Assembly (NCBI GenBank): GCA_963714975.1
Contig: CAVQQD010000003.1
Coordinates: 416,001-480,000 of the forward strand
DNA: 64,000 nt
Source of the DNA: an uncultured Gammaproteobacteria bacterium
GTDB lineage: Bacteria > Pseudomonadota > Gammaproteobacteria > JAURND01
Direction: 5' to 3'
The notes beneath the pieces are model-generated. The model saw only the letters and a program-made list of their open reading frames with translations. It searched no databases and was not told the DNA's origin. Below are positions 43,859 to 52,997 of the stretch, one piece after another. How positions within the stretch are numbered: position 1 is the stretch's first letter; each line of letters opens with the position of its first letter. The translations under genes and the position numbers were made by a program.

Positions 43859-44812
43859 ATGAAATTGTATAGTTCTTTTATCGGTATGGATATAGGGAAA
43901 TTTAATTTTGTTGTTGCCTTACATGGAGAAAAGATCACGAAAGAGTATCCAAATAGCGCTGAGGGCATTAAGGATTTTTTAAAAGATTATGAAGAAATTT
44001 TACCCACAGCATTTTGTGTGGTTGAAACGACAGGGGGTCATGAAAAAATTTTGTTACTGGCCCTGCGTTCTAATAGATATGCAGTCCATCGTGCAGATAC
44101 TAGGAAAGTAAAAAACTTTATCCATTCCTATGGTAAAAAGGCAAAAACAGATGCATTAGACGCTAAAGGACTAGCCCATTATAGTTATGAAAGGTATCAG
44201 GAATTAGATATTTATGAACCTCCTGATGAAACGGATATAGCACTTTTTACATTGGTAATGCGTAAAAATGATTTAACAGAGATGCTGGTTGCTGAAAAAA
44301 ATCGCCTTAAATCGCCTAATAATCATGAAATAGTAGAAATAAGTTGTAAAAAAATGATTACCATGCTCTCGGAAGAAATCAAATTGCTCAATGAGAAAAT
44401 AAATGAGCTGATTGAAGGTGTACCTTATTTAAGGGAAAAAAGGAAAGTTTTAAAGAGCATTCCAGGGATTGGTGATGTGCTGAGCTGTGAATTGATTACT
44501 TTATTGCCTGAACTAGGAACACTGGATAGGAGAAAAATAGCTGCTTTAGCTGGGTTAGCTCCTCAAGCAAATGAGAGTGGCAAATACAAAGGATACAGGC
44601 GCTGTGGTTATGGTCGTCAAGGAGTGAAGCCAAAATTATTTCTCGCTGCCATGGCGGCAAGGAATTCAAATTCGCATCTAAAAGTCTTTTATGAAAAATT
44701 GGTTGGGTCAGGTAAAAAGAAAATGGTGGCTTTAACCGCTTTAATGAGAAAAATTTTAGTCATCGCCAATGCAAAGGTAAGAGATTTCAATAAAGAATAT
44801 AATTTGGCTTGA
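43859..44812 (+). CDS. IS110 recombinase
   Basis: GMDIGK, VETTGG, AKTDALDA (DEDD), SIPGIG, GLAPQANESG. Confidence 0.93.
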   Translation: MKLYSSFIGMDIGKFNFVVALHGEKITKEYPNSAEGIKDFLKDYEEILPTAFCVVETTGGHEKILLLALRSNRYAVHRADTRKVKNFIHSYGKKAKTDALDAKGLAHYSYERYQELDIYEPPDETDIALFTLVMRKNDLTEMLVAEKNRLKSPNNHEIVEISCKKMITMLSEEIKLLNEKINELIEGVPYLREKRKVLKSIPGIGDVLSCELITLLPELGTLDRRKIAALAGLAPQANESGKYKGYRRCGYGRQGVKPKLFLAAMAARNSNSHLKVFYEKLVGSGKKKMVALTALMRKILVIANAKVRDFNKEYNLA

Positions 44813-44960
44813 AAGAGCACCAAGGAGGGTGCGGTCAAGCCAAATCGACAAGCCCGCTCAGCGGGCGCGTCAGTAGGGAGAAACCCTAGTTTAGGCTGGG
44901 GTTTATAGACTTGTATGCTTAAAAATTTTATTTTTTTAAAATTTTTAAGACATAGTTGAT

Positions 44961-45041
44961 TCCCGCTGAAACCCTGCTCGCCGACGGGTCCCCGCCTGCG
45001 CGTCACCCGTCGTTCAAATGGCTGCAGAGCTGGAATTGCTG
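44961..45041. repeat. Remainder of the family-D repeat split by IS110 element 1
   Basis: TCCCGCTGAAACCC...GACGGGTCC...CGCGTCACCCGTC...AGCTGGAATTGCTG. Confidence 0.85.
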
Positions 45042-45119
45042 GTTCACAGTAGACATCAACTGCTTTTTTTAGGATGATAGCCTGAGCTGCAACAATTCCA
45101 ACTAAATGAGGTAAATACA

Positions 45120-46034
45120 ATGAGATACGTAGAAACTCAATCAATTGAATTGGCGGAAGATAATGCTAAACGCTTTGCCTATTCTACTATGGCAGCAGCA
45201 GCGGTTCAGATGGGTCTATTTGCTTATGCATTAAGTACCTATGATCCAGAGCGGATCCCCAATGCATTTGGGTATTTAACTATGTGGCAATTAGCACTGT
45301 TAGCCATGACTTGCTTAGTGGCTGCAATCAAAGTGGCAAATATTTATCGCAACACAAAATCATCTGATAAAGATCCTGGCAAAAAACGAATCCACCAATT
45401 ACTTGCGCTGCGAGATGACCCCAATAATTTAAGAAGTTTGACGTTTTATGTCTCAATAGTGGCCAGTGCTTTATTTTGGGGCATATTGGCCAAGGATTAT
45501 ATAGTGGCGCTGGACTATGAGAAATTAGGAGTGAGTTTTGCATTCCATGGTTTGGGCTTCTTACTTTATTTGGCCTATATTTCTTACAACCGTATAGACA
45601 TTTCTCACAACACAGCTGATTGCTGTGCTGGGAAAGACAAGGAGGATCCTGGGGAGGAGGATTATGTCGATTTGGCGGAGAGCAAAGATGAGAGTGCGGG
45701 GAAGAGCAAGCAGGTCTCTGCATGGGATAAGTTCATGCAGTTCTTTCATGACCACCCCTATGTAAGAAATGGGTTATTTTGCGCTACTTATTTAGGTTTT
45801 TCAGTGGCTTTAGCAAAAGGAGGGGTAAACAGTCCTTTAGGTCAACCCTATTTCTATGAAGTGCTAGATTGGAATAATCACTTGTCTACTGCGCTCATTT
45901 TTGCCAGCATAGGATTAGTCGCCATGTTGGCCCTCACTCTTGCCTGTGGTTGGGCTCAAACCAAAGTACGTGATTGGCGGGATCAGGCAGAGCGAGAACA
46001 GTATCAGACTGTTGATCATACTGCTGGCAAATAG
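45120..46034 (+). CDS. Membrane protein, FAR-17a/AIG1/rolling-stone-like
   Basis: YLTMWQL, LFWGIL, FHG, YFYEVLDW motifs; about 6 TM segments. Confidence 0.5.
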   Translation: MRYVETQSIELAEDNAKRFAYSTMAAAAVQMGLFAYALSTYDPERIPNAFGYLTMWQLALLAMTCLVAAIKVANIYRNTKSSDKDPGKKRIHQLLALRDDPNNLRSLTFYVSIVASALFWGILAKDYIVALDYEKLGVSFAFHGLGFLLYLAYISYNRIDISHNTADCCAGKDKEDPGEEDYVDLAESKDESAGKSKQVSAWDKFMQFFHDHPYVRNGLFCATYLGFSVALAKGGVNSPLGQPYFYEVLDWNNHLSTALIFASIGLVAMLALTLACGWAQTKVRDWRDQAEREQYQTVDHTAGK

Positions 46035-47296
46035 TGAAAATTCAATATCTAACTGCTAGTTGTGTAGGTAATACCCTCGAATGGTTCGATTTTGGATTAT
46101 TTATTTACTTAGCCACGCAAATAGGCGCACAATTTTTCCCTGTTGCTGACCCGCAAATGGCTGCGTTGGCTGCTTTTGCTGTGTTTGCAGCAGGATCCAT
46201 TTGTCGTCCCTTAGGCGCCGTATTTTTTGGCTATGTGGGTGATCGATTCGGGCGCGCGGTCGCCTTGCGCGCCTCAATCTTGACCATTACGTTGACTATG
46301 TTGCTAGTGGGGTTATTACCCACTTATCAGCAACTCGGTATGCTTGCAACGGGTCTTTTCATTTTTGTACGTTTATTGCAGGGTCTTTCCGTAGGTGGAG
46401 AGTATACCAGTGCTGCAGTCTATATTGCAGAACTAGCACCGACCCAATACCGAGGTTTTTTCACTGCATTTGTAGCCAGCAGCGCTAATGCCGGTTTCCT
46501 GTTAGCCACCTTAGTAGTGTTGCTCTTAAAAGCATCGGTTCCCTTACCAGCATTGCAGGCGTGGGGCTGGCGTTTGCCATTTTTATTTTCTGGCTTGCTA
46601 GGATTGGCAATTTTGTATTATCGACTGCGACTTATTGAAACTCCCGCTTATTCTGAATTGAGAAGGCAACAGCGCCTTACAAAAATACCTTTGCTTGCGG
46701 CATTTCGCTCGGATCCTGGAAACATGCTGAAAATTTTCGGCATGACCGCCATGGGCTCTTCGTGTTATTTTGTGTTTTTTGGTTATATGCCAACTTATTT
46801 GGCTGAATATGCAGATTATCCTCCGCAGTTATTTTTCACCCTGCAGGGGATTTTATTGCTGCTGATGATCATTTTAATCCCCGTGGCGGGAATTTGTGGG
46901 GATCGTTTTGGTCGAAAAAACATGTTAATTATTGCCGGTCTGGCTTTGTTCTTGTTAGTTTTACCCGGTTTTTATTTGCTACAAAGTAAAACTATTCTTG
47001 CCATTGTGGTGTCTTTGATGATTGCCGCGTTATTAAGTGCTTTGGAGCAGGGGAACACCCTTGCCACAGCCATTGAGCACTGCCCCGCGGAGATCCGTTG
47101 TACGACGGTATCTTTTGCCTATAATCTGGGAAATGCCTTACTGGGGGGCTCTTCTCCTTTGATTGCGGCATTACTGGCCCAAGGGATAAACCATTTTGCT
47201 CCTGCGTATTATTTAATGGGAATGGCTATTATTAGTTTGGTAGCTATTACTAGCTTAAGGAATATGCGTCAGGTAACTTCCGCAACTAATATCTAG
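46034..47296 (+). CDS. MFS transporter (ProP/MHS family)
   Basis: GNTLEWFDFG, RPLG..FFGYVGDRFGR, RLLQGLSVGGEY, WGWRLPF. Confidence 0.92.
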   Translation: MKIQYLTASCVGNTLEWFDFGLFIYLATQIGAQFFPVADPQMAALAAFAVFAAGSICRPLGAVFFGYVGDRFGRAVALRASILTITLTMLLVGLLPTYQQLGMLATGLFIFVRLLQGLSVGGEYTSAAVYIAELAPTQYRGFFTAFVASSANAGFLLATLVVLLLKASVPLPALQAWGWRLPFLFSGLLGLAILYYRLRLIETPAYSELRRQQRLTKIPLLAAFRSDPGNMLKIFGMTAMGSSCYFVFFGYMPTYLAEYADYPPQLFFTLQGILLLLMIILIPVAGICGDRFGRKNMLIIAGLALFLLVLPGFYLLQSKTILAIVVSLMIAALLSALEQGNTLATAIEHCPAEIRCTTVSFAYNLGNALLGGSSPLIAALLAQGINHFAPAYYLMGMAIISLVAITSLRNMRQVTSATNI

Positions 47297-47300
47297 GTAA

Positions 47301-47448
47301 AACCATGCAGCACAGGATAGAAACAGGCATCTATGGCCTATCTTTCGCAACGAAATAGCTGAAAAATGCTCATGTACTAACGTGTACACTGCGCTTTTTC
47401 ATCAATTTCTTTGCTTCAACCTAGGCTCATAGCTGCCTGTTTTTGCCG
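47301..47448. repeat. Family-E MITE-like repeat
   Basis: AAACAGGCATCTATG...CATAGCTGCCTGTTT subterminal IR, central TGTACTAACGTGTACA hairpin; left end shared with 13301-13337. Confidence 0.75.
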
Positions 47449-47478
47449 ATTTTGGCAATGTGGCGAATAGTTCCGTAT

Positions 47479-48624
47479 CTAAATGATTTGGCCTTCCCAA
47501 AGTTTCGCAAGGAAATCACGCCAGTGTAAAATTTCAATTGAATTTTGTTTACGATTGATAGGATCAAAACTAATTAAATAATAACGTTGGCAAATATTTT
47601 CTTCTGCTAATACGGTTAAGCCCTTCAAATGTTTGGCAGCTACATATTGGGTAGTTTTAACTTCAATCGCAATTCTATCATCCAATATAAAGTCCACTTC
47701 ATGGCCGTGAGTAGAACGCCAATAATTCAGTGGAATAAATAAGCGTCGGTAACTGATATAAGCTTGCAGTTCCAGTGCGATAAAATGTTCGAATGCTTGA
47801 CCATATAAGTCTGCAGCGGGTTCCAGATGTTTAATAGAAGCCAGAGTGTTTTTTACTCCCAGATCGAAAAAATAAAATTTAGCAGTACTTAACGCTTTAC
47901 GTTTGATAGTTTTATTCCAACCTGAGATCAGAAATCCCAGAAAAGTATCTTGTAGAATTTGATAATACTCGCGTACTGTGCTTACTGGGATGCCGGTATC
48001 GCTAGCGATGCTGGTGAAGTTTATTATTTGTCCTGATGTTAGCGCTGCCACAGTTAGAAAGCGGGAAAAAGCAGGAATTCGTCTCACAAGAGCTTCCATT
48101 TGGATTTCTTGCTGTAAATAAGTGTTTACGTAAGCATGTAATTCTTCTTGTGGCTCCTCACTTAAGTAAACAGGGGGAAGACCACCCACCTGTAAATAAC
48201 GCTCTAGGTTGAAGTTGGGTATTTCATGACTAGTGAGGGGAAACAAATGAGCTTCCCAGGCTCGACCTGCAAGTAGATTGGTGTGGTGTTGACGTAATTT
48301 TCTCGCACTGGACCCAGTCAGTAAAAAGCGGATTTTTTGTTCTTCTATCAATCGATGCACTTCATTAAGCAGCATTGGAATACGTTGTACTTCATCTATC
48401 ACTACCGTAGAGTACACAGGAAAAGCATGGATAATGCTTTCTAAAGCATAGGGGGCTTCATTTAAGCGCAAAAATAATTGACCTTCGAGGAGATTCAGCA
48501 CTGGAACGTTGGAATTGAATTGCTTTCTAATCAGGGAAGATTTGCCAGTTGCGCGGGGTCCAAACAGAAAAAATGATTTTTTTTCCAATAAATTGGGCAG
48601 GTCTAACAGCCTAGATATAAACAT
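47479..48624 (-). CDS. AAA+ ATPase with DUF4143/PD-(D/E)XK-like C-terminus
   Basis: GPRATGKS, IDEVQ, LTGSSAR, KFYFFDLG, EVDF..AIEVK. Confidence 0.88.
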   Translation of the reverse strand: MFISRLLDLPNLLEKKSFFLFGPRATGKSSLIRKQFNSNVPVLNLLEGQLFLRLNEAPYALESIIHAFPVYSTVVIDEVQRIPMLLNEVHRLIEEQKIRFLLTGSSARKLRQHHTNLLAGRAWEAHLFPLTSHEIPNFNLERYLQVGGLPPVYLSEEPQEELHAYVNTYLQQEIQMEALVRRIPAFSRFLTVAALTSGQIINFTSIASDTGIPVSTVREYYQILQDTFLGFLISGWNKTIKRKALSTAKFYFFDLGVKNTLASIKHLEPAADLYGQAFEHFIALELQAYISYRRLFIPLNYWRSTHGHEVDFILDDRIAIEVKTTQYVAAKHLKGLTVLAEENICQRYYLISFDPINRKQNSIEILHWRDFLAKLWEGQII

Positions 48625-48988
48625 AGCTATAATCTCATTGGGAAAATCCACGGTAATTCTACAGAATATCCGGATATTTGGCAATAGAATTGCTGATGTA
48701 TAAAATCCAAGATATGTTGTCAAGCAATAATATGGTAGATTATCCAGGGCTTTTTCTTACCATAGAGGGAGCTAGCGCTCTAGTTCTTGCTGTCTGTACC
48801 TGTTATTTGGTTAAAAAATATTTTAAATCATGATTTGGTTGAGAGAGCTGAAACATCTGTGCGAAATGATTTAATTATGGAAGCGGTTAATGCGCCTGAG
48901 ACGGTTAGCACACCCGTCGGATAATTACTGCGAGGTTATTTTTTGGAATCATTAAATAGATTAGCACGATTCACGAGGAAAATTTTTG

Positions 48989-49279
48989 ATGAGTATTAAA
49001 CCCCAAGATATTATTCCAGATGGAGTTGATTTTGTGGAAAGACAAGGAATAGCAATCAGAAAAGGCAGTGCAGCCGCAATTTTAGCCAATGCAGATATTT
49101 TAGCAAATGAACAAGCCAGCCAAGCTCAGAAGGAGGCTGCGCTGCAAACAATTCGTGAACTCATGCCTGGAATGGTCGCTGCAGGAATGCACCGTCATGT
49201 GACTTGGAATAATTCAGAAATCCAAAAAATAATGCAGGAGGTATATCGTGAAATTCCCCATTGGGATCAGCGATTTTAA
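48989..49279 (+). CDS. Small hypothetical protein
   Basis: ~96-aa ORF after GAGG SD; no function recognised. Confidence 0.6.
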   Translation: MSIKPQDIIPDGVDFVERQGIAIRKGSAAAILANADILANEQASQAQKEAALQTIRELMPGMVAAGMHRHVTWNNSEIQKIMQEVYREIPHWDQRF

Positions 49280-49817
49280 AGAAATTATCAAGGGGAATTT
49301 TTATTTCTTTGATAAGAGCTTATTTATCAAAGAAGTTCTTGATGACACCAAAGTCTTATTAATCACCCGCCCACGACGTTTTGGCAAGACCTTGAATATG
49401 TCAATGCTGCGATATTTTTTTGCCAAAGAAATATGGGGTGAAGCCAATAATCCTACGTTGTTCGATGGCTTGAACATTACTCGTTGCTCAGCAGAATATC
49501 TCCAGCATCAAGGCCACTATCCGGTGATTTTCTTAACCCTTAAAGATGTAAAGGATAATAATTTCGACAATTTCTACACCAGCTTTTGCCAGGTAATTAG
49601 CGAGCTTTATTCAGAGCACCGCTATTTATTAGAGAGCGATAGCTTATATTCTGAGGATAAAGATGTTTATCGGTCTATTCTGGATCAGCAGGCCAGTTTT
49701 GCAAATATGCAAGTTGCCTTAAAAAATTTAACTCGATATTTGTATCTACACAAGAGGACAAAAGGGTGTCACGCGAGCAACTCGCTATACTCCTGTTCTT
49801 CAGAAGGCCAGCCTTAA
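49248..49817 (+). pseudogene. AAA-ATPase-like (PD-(D/E)XK-associated) protein, 3' truncated
   Basis: KFPIGISDF, FDKSLFI, TRPRRFGKTLNMSML, YPVIFLTLK; ends before the IDEYD Walker B motif. Confidence 0.8.
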
Positions 49818-49843
49818 AATCAACAATACTGTGCCAGATTAAT

Positions 49844-49937
49844 GAGATCCCTCGCTTCGCTCGGGATGACGCATGGGGAGTTGCCGGGATGACATTTGGG
49901 GAGTTACCATCCATAGGGATGGCACCGGGGAGTTACC
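49844..49937. repeat. Family-B repeat half followed by three degenerate ~23-bp tandem units
   Basis: GAGATCCCTCGCTTCGCTCGGGATGAC; GGGATGRC..GGGGAGTTRCC three times. Confidence 0.7.
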
Positions 49938-49960
49938 TCCATTGTCGGAATTTACCATTG

Positions 49961-49997
49961 TCATGTGTTGACATGAAAATCTAATTTAGATTAAAAT
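49961..49997 (+). promoter_or_regulatory. Sigma70 promoter with overlapping palindromes
   Basis: TTGACA (49968-49973), 18 bp, TAAAAT; TCATGT-N4-ACATGA and AATCTAATTTAGATT. Confidence 0.6.
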
Positions 49998-50004
49998 ATC
50001 CAAT

Positions 50005-50601
50005 ATGAACAAAGTAATAAAAAAGTTTTTGCCTACCGCTGAAGCTATTCAACGGTTATTGCATCCTTATGCGGAAGTGGTTATTCATGACATTAAGCGC
50101 AACAAAATTGCAGCCATATTTCATTCTTTTTCTAAGCGTAGGGTGGGGGATCCTTCATTGTTAACTCCAGAAGAAATGAGTGGGTTGGAAGATTGTATCG
50201 GGCCTTATGAAAAGCTGAATTGGGATGGTAATAAGCTCAAATCAATTAGTAGCGTGATTCGAGATGAAACTGATCAAGCAGTTGGCTTGTTATGTATCAA
50301 TTTAGACATTTCTAAATTAATTACCATCAGTCAGGGGATAATGACGTTTATGCAGAGTGGCAATCTTATTGCTCAACCCTCCCATTTTTTTAAAGACGAT
50401 TGGCAAGAAAAAATTAATCAATATGTTCATACTTACTTGAGTGAACGCCATTTAAATTTGGAATCACTAAATCGGGATGAGAAAAAAGCTTTGATTGAAC
50501 ATTTAAATAAAATTGGTGCGTTTACTGGAAAAAACGCTGCTGCGTATGTTGCTCAGGTTGTCGGGATATCTAGAGCAACGGTTTACAATTATCTGAGGTA
50601 A
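50005..50601 (+). CDS. YheO-like PAS + HTH transcriptional regulator
   Basis: PYAEVVIHD, LKSIS, LLCINLD, GISRATVYNYL. Confidence 0.88.
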   Translation: MNKVIKKFLPTAEAIQRLLHPYAEVVIHDIKRNKIAAIFHSFSKRRVGDPSLLTPEEMSGLEDCIGPYEKLNWDGNKLKSISSVIRDETDQAVGLLCINLDISKLITISQGIMTFMQSGNLIAQPSHFFKDDWQEKINQYVHTYLSERHLNLESLNRDEKKALIEHLNKIGAFTGKNAAAYVAQVVGISRATVYNYLR

Positions 50602-50603
50602 GC

Positions 50604-51734
50604 ATGAAAATAGCCCCCTTTAAAATTGAAGAATATTTCACCCAATATGAATTTTCAGTGCAGTATATGATGGGATCTTCTGATCCGGAATCTTTTACTT
50701 TGTCAGAAATAGTTGCCATGGCGGATTCGGAAAGTTTATCTTTATGGAATCAGTTGTATTTGGGATATACCGAATACTATGGTCTGCCGTTGTTGAGAGC
50801 TGAAATCAGCCAATTATATTCGAGCTTGGATCAAAATCATATTCTGGTTTGTTCTGGCGCAGAAGAAGCCATTTACATCACCATGCAGGTTTTGCTAAAA
50901 CCAGGAGATCAGGTTATCGTAGTGACTCCTTGCTATAATTCGCTTAAGGAAATTCCTAAAGCCGTTGGCGCGCAAGTCACCGAGTTACCATTGAATTATC
51001 AAAATGATCACTGGTCTTTAGATTTGGAAAAATTTGCCTCTTTGGTCACCAAAAGAACTAAATTGATTATCGTTAATTTCCCCCATAATCCAACGGGGTT
51101 TTTACCCAACCATGAAACTTTTCAAGCGATTGTTGAAATAGCGAAACGGCATAATTCTTATTTATTCAGTGATGAAGTTTTCCGATTGTCCGAGCAAGAT
51201 CCGCAAGATCGATTACCCAATGCAGTGGATTGTTATGAAAAAGCGCTGAGTATAGGGGTGATGTCTAAATCATTTGGATTAGCGGGATTGCGGATTGGTT
51301 GGATTGCTTCTCATCTTAAAAGTTTGCTTCATGATTTTGTATCCTATAAAAATTACACTTCAATGTGTAATAGCGCTCCTAGTGAAATTTTATCATTGAT
51401 TGCCCTACGAAATAAGGAACGGATTTTAGAAAGAATTCAAAACATTACCAAACCTAATTTGGATTTACTGGATAATTATTTTCAGCGCAATGCAGATGTT
51501 TATCAATGGGAGCGCCCACGAGCGGGTTTTGTTGGGTTTCCCAAGTTAAAATTGCAAATAAACATAGAGACTTTTTCCAAAAGATTCATTGAAGAAGAAA
51601 ATGTGGTGATTTTACCTGATACTTTATTTGATTATTCAGATAATCGATTTAGAGTAGGCTATGGCAGAGGTTATTTTCTGGAAACATTAAATAGACTAGA
51701 GGGATTCACCAAGAGATTGCATATGGTTCTTTGA
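50604..51734 (+). CDS. PLP-dependent aminotransferase class I/II
   Basis: NFPHNPTG, SDEVF, MSKSFGLAGLRIGW; the stop codon is supplied by the tnpB element right end. Confidence 0.9.
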   Translation: MKIAPFKIEEYFTQYEFSVQYMMGSSDPESFTLSEIVAMADSESLSLWNQLYLGYTEYYGLPLLRAEISQLYSSLDQNHILVCSGAEEAIYITMQVLLKPGDQVIVVTPCYNSLKEIPKAVGAQVTELPLNYQNDHWSLDLEKFASLVTKRTKLIIVNFPHNPTGFLPNHETFQAIVEIAKRHNSYLFSDEVFRLSEQDPQDRLPNAVDCYEKALSIGVMSKSFGLAGLRIGWIASHLKSLLHDFVSYKNYTSMCNSAPSEILSLIALRNKERILERIQNITKPNLDLLDNYFQRNADVYQWERPRAGFVGFPKLKLQINIETFSKRFIEEENVVILPDTLFDYSDNRFRVGYGRGYFLETLNRLEGFTKRLHMVL

Positions 51735-51774
51735 CATCCTTGTATCTTAATTCTAATCACTCAATGTGGTTAAA

Positions 51775-51960
51775 TATCCAAGGGCACTTGGATAGGGGTA
51801 AATATGCCGGTGACATCCTAAGGCATTAAGCCTGTAGAGGAGATTTTAGCAATTTACCCCGTACTTTATTCATACAGACCGGACGGTATCTTAGGACTTG
51901 AGGTAAATATCAATGATCCTGTATTCACAAGGTTGGTCCGAATAAAGCTATCCAAGCTAT
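51775..51960 (+). ncRNA. Bridge RNA of IS110 element 2
   Basis: Target guides TGACATCCT (51811-51819) and GAGGAG (51837-51842) inside stem GGGGTAAAT/ATTTACCCC; donor guides GACGGTATCT (51882-51891) and ACAAG (51927-51931). Confidence 0.87.
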
Positions 51961-51982
51961 TCGCAACATGTAGGATACTACT

Positions 51983-52948
51983 ATGAAGAAAGCATTTCTA
52001 GGCATTGATATCAGTAAAAATACATTTGATGTAGCTGTGCTAATGGAAGATAAGATAAAAACTCAAAAATTCAACAATAACGAGCAAGGCTTTAATAAAT
52101 TACTTGTATGGCTAAACCAGAAGGAAATCGTGTTGTCTCAAGCTTGTATGGAAGCAACCAGTATTTACGGGCAGGCATTAGCCGAATTTCTTTATGCTCA
52201 AGAAATCCCTATAAGCGTTGTTAATCCTGCGAGAATTAAAGGATTTTCTCAAAGTGAATTAGCCCGCTCTAAAAATGATATTCTTGATGCAAAATTAATT
52301 GCAAGATTTTGTAAGTTGATAGGCCCAGAATTATGGCAACCAACTCCTGAACCGATTAAAATATTACAGCAATGGGTTAGGAGATTGGATGATTTAATCG
52401 CTATGCACAGACAAGAAGAAAACCGATTAGAAGTTTCTGATCATTGTTTAAAGGAGCACATACAAGAGAACATTAGCCACTTAGAAAACAATATTAAGGA
52501 AGTTAAAAATGTCATTAAAAATCACATAAATAGCGATCCTGACATGAAGAAAAAAAGCAAGCTATTGCAATCTATTCCTGGTATTGGAGAAGCAACTACA
52601 GCGCAGATATTGGCTTTTATTGGGAATGTGAGTAAATTCAATAATGCGAAAGAATTGGCGGCATTCGTTGGTCTTAATCCCAAGCAACGACAATCAGGAA
52701 CCTCTATCAATGGTAGAGCTAGACTCTCTAAAACAGGTGATTCGGCTCTAAGAAAAGCATTTTATATGCCCGCTGTTGTCGCCATGAGACATAACCCAAT
52801 ACTCAGAAATTTTTCTATGCGACTAGAAAAAACCGGCAAACACAAAATGGTTATTATTGGCGCAGTAATGAGAAAGCTTGTTCATATGATTTACGGGATA
52901 CTAAAATCTGAAACCGTGTTTGATCAAAATATATTAAAATTAGCTTGA
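51983..52948 (+). CDS. IS110 recombinase
   Basis: [35 protein letters not shown]. Confidence 0.94.
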   Translation: MKKAFLGIDISKNTFDVAVLMEDKIKTQKFNNNEQGFNKLLVWLNQKEIVLSQACMEATSIYGQALAEFLYAQEIPISVVNPARIKGFSQSELARSKNDILDAKLIARFCKLIGPELWQPTPEPIKILQQWVRRLDDLIAMHRQEENRLEVSDHCLKEHIQENISHLENNIKEVKNVIKNHINSDPDMKKKSKLLQSIPGIGEATTAQILAFIGNVSKFNNAKELAAFVGLNPKQRQSGTSINGRARLSKTGDSALRKAFYMPAVVAMRHNPILRNFSMRLEKTGKHKMVIIGAVMRKLVHMIYGILKSETVFDQNILKLA

Positions 52949-52997
52949 CAGATGAGACGGTATCTCCTCGCCTAAAGGGCGAGGATTCCTACTGCGG

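Larger units (their letters stand above)
43657..44960 (+). mobile_element. IS110-family element 1 (AT core), inserted in a family-D repeat terminus
   Basis: Left junction CAGCA-AT|TGTAAG, right junction ATAGTTG-AT|TCCCGCTG; empty site CAGCAATTCCCGCT is identical to 24227-24240. Confidence 0.88.
51741..52965 (+). mobile_element. IS110-family element 2 (IS621-like, CT core)
   Basis: Left junction TGACATC-CT|TGTAT, right junction ACGGTAT-CT|CCTCG; circle junction gives TTGACA-17 bp-TATCTT. Confidence 0.92.

Noticed and set aside
49863-49937. Three GGGGAGTTRCC-containing units as a mini CRISPR array
   Set aside because: Units are too short, spacers are not unique or of constant length, they grow out of a family-B repeat, and no cas genes are present
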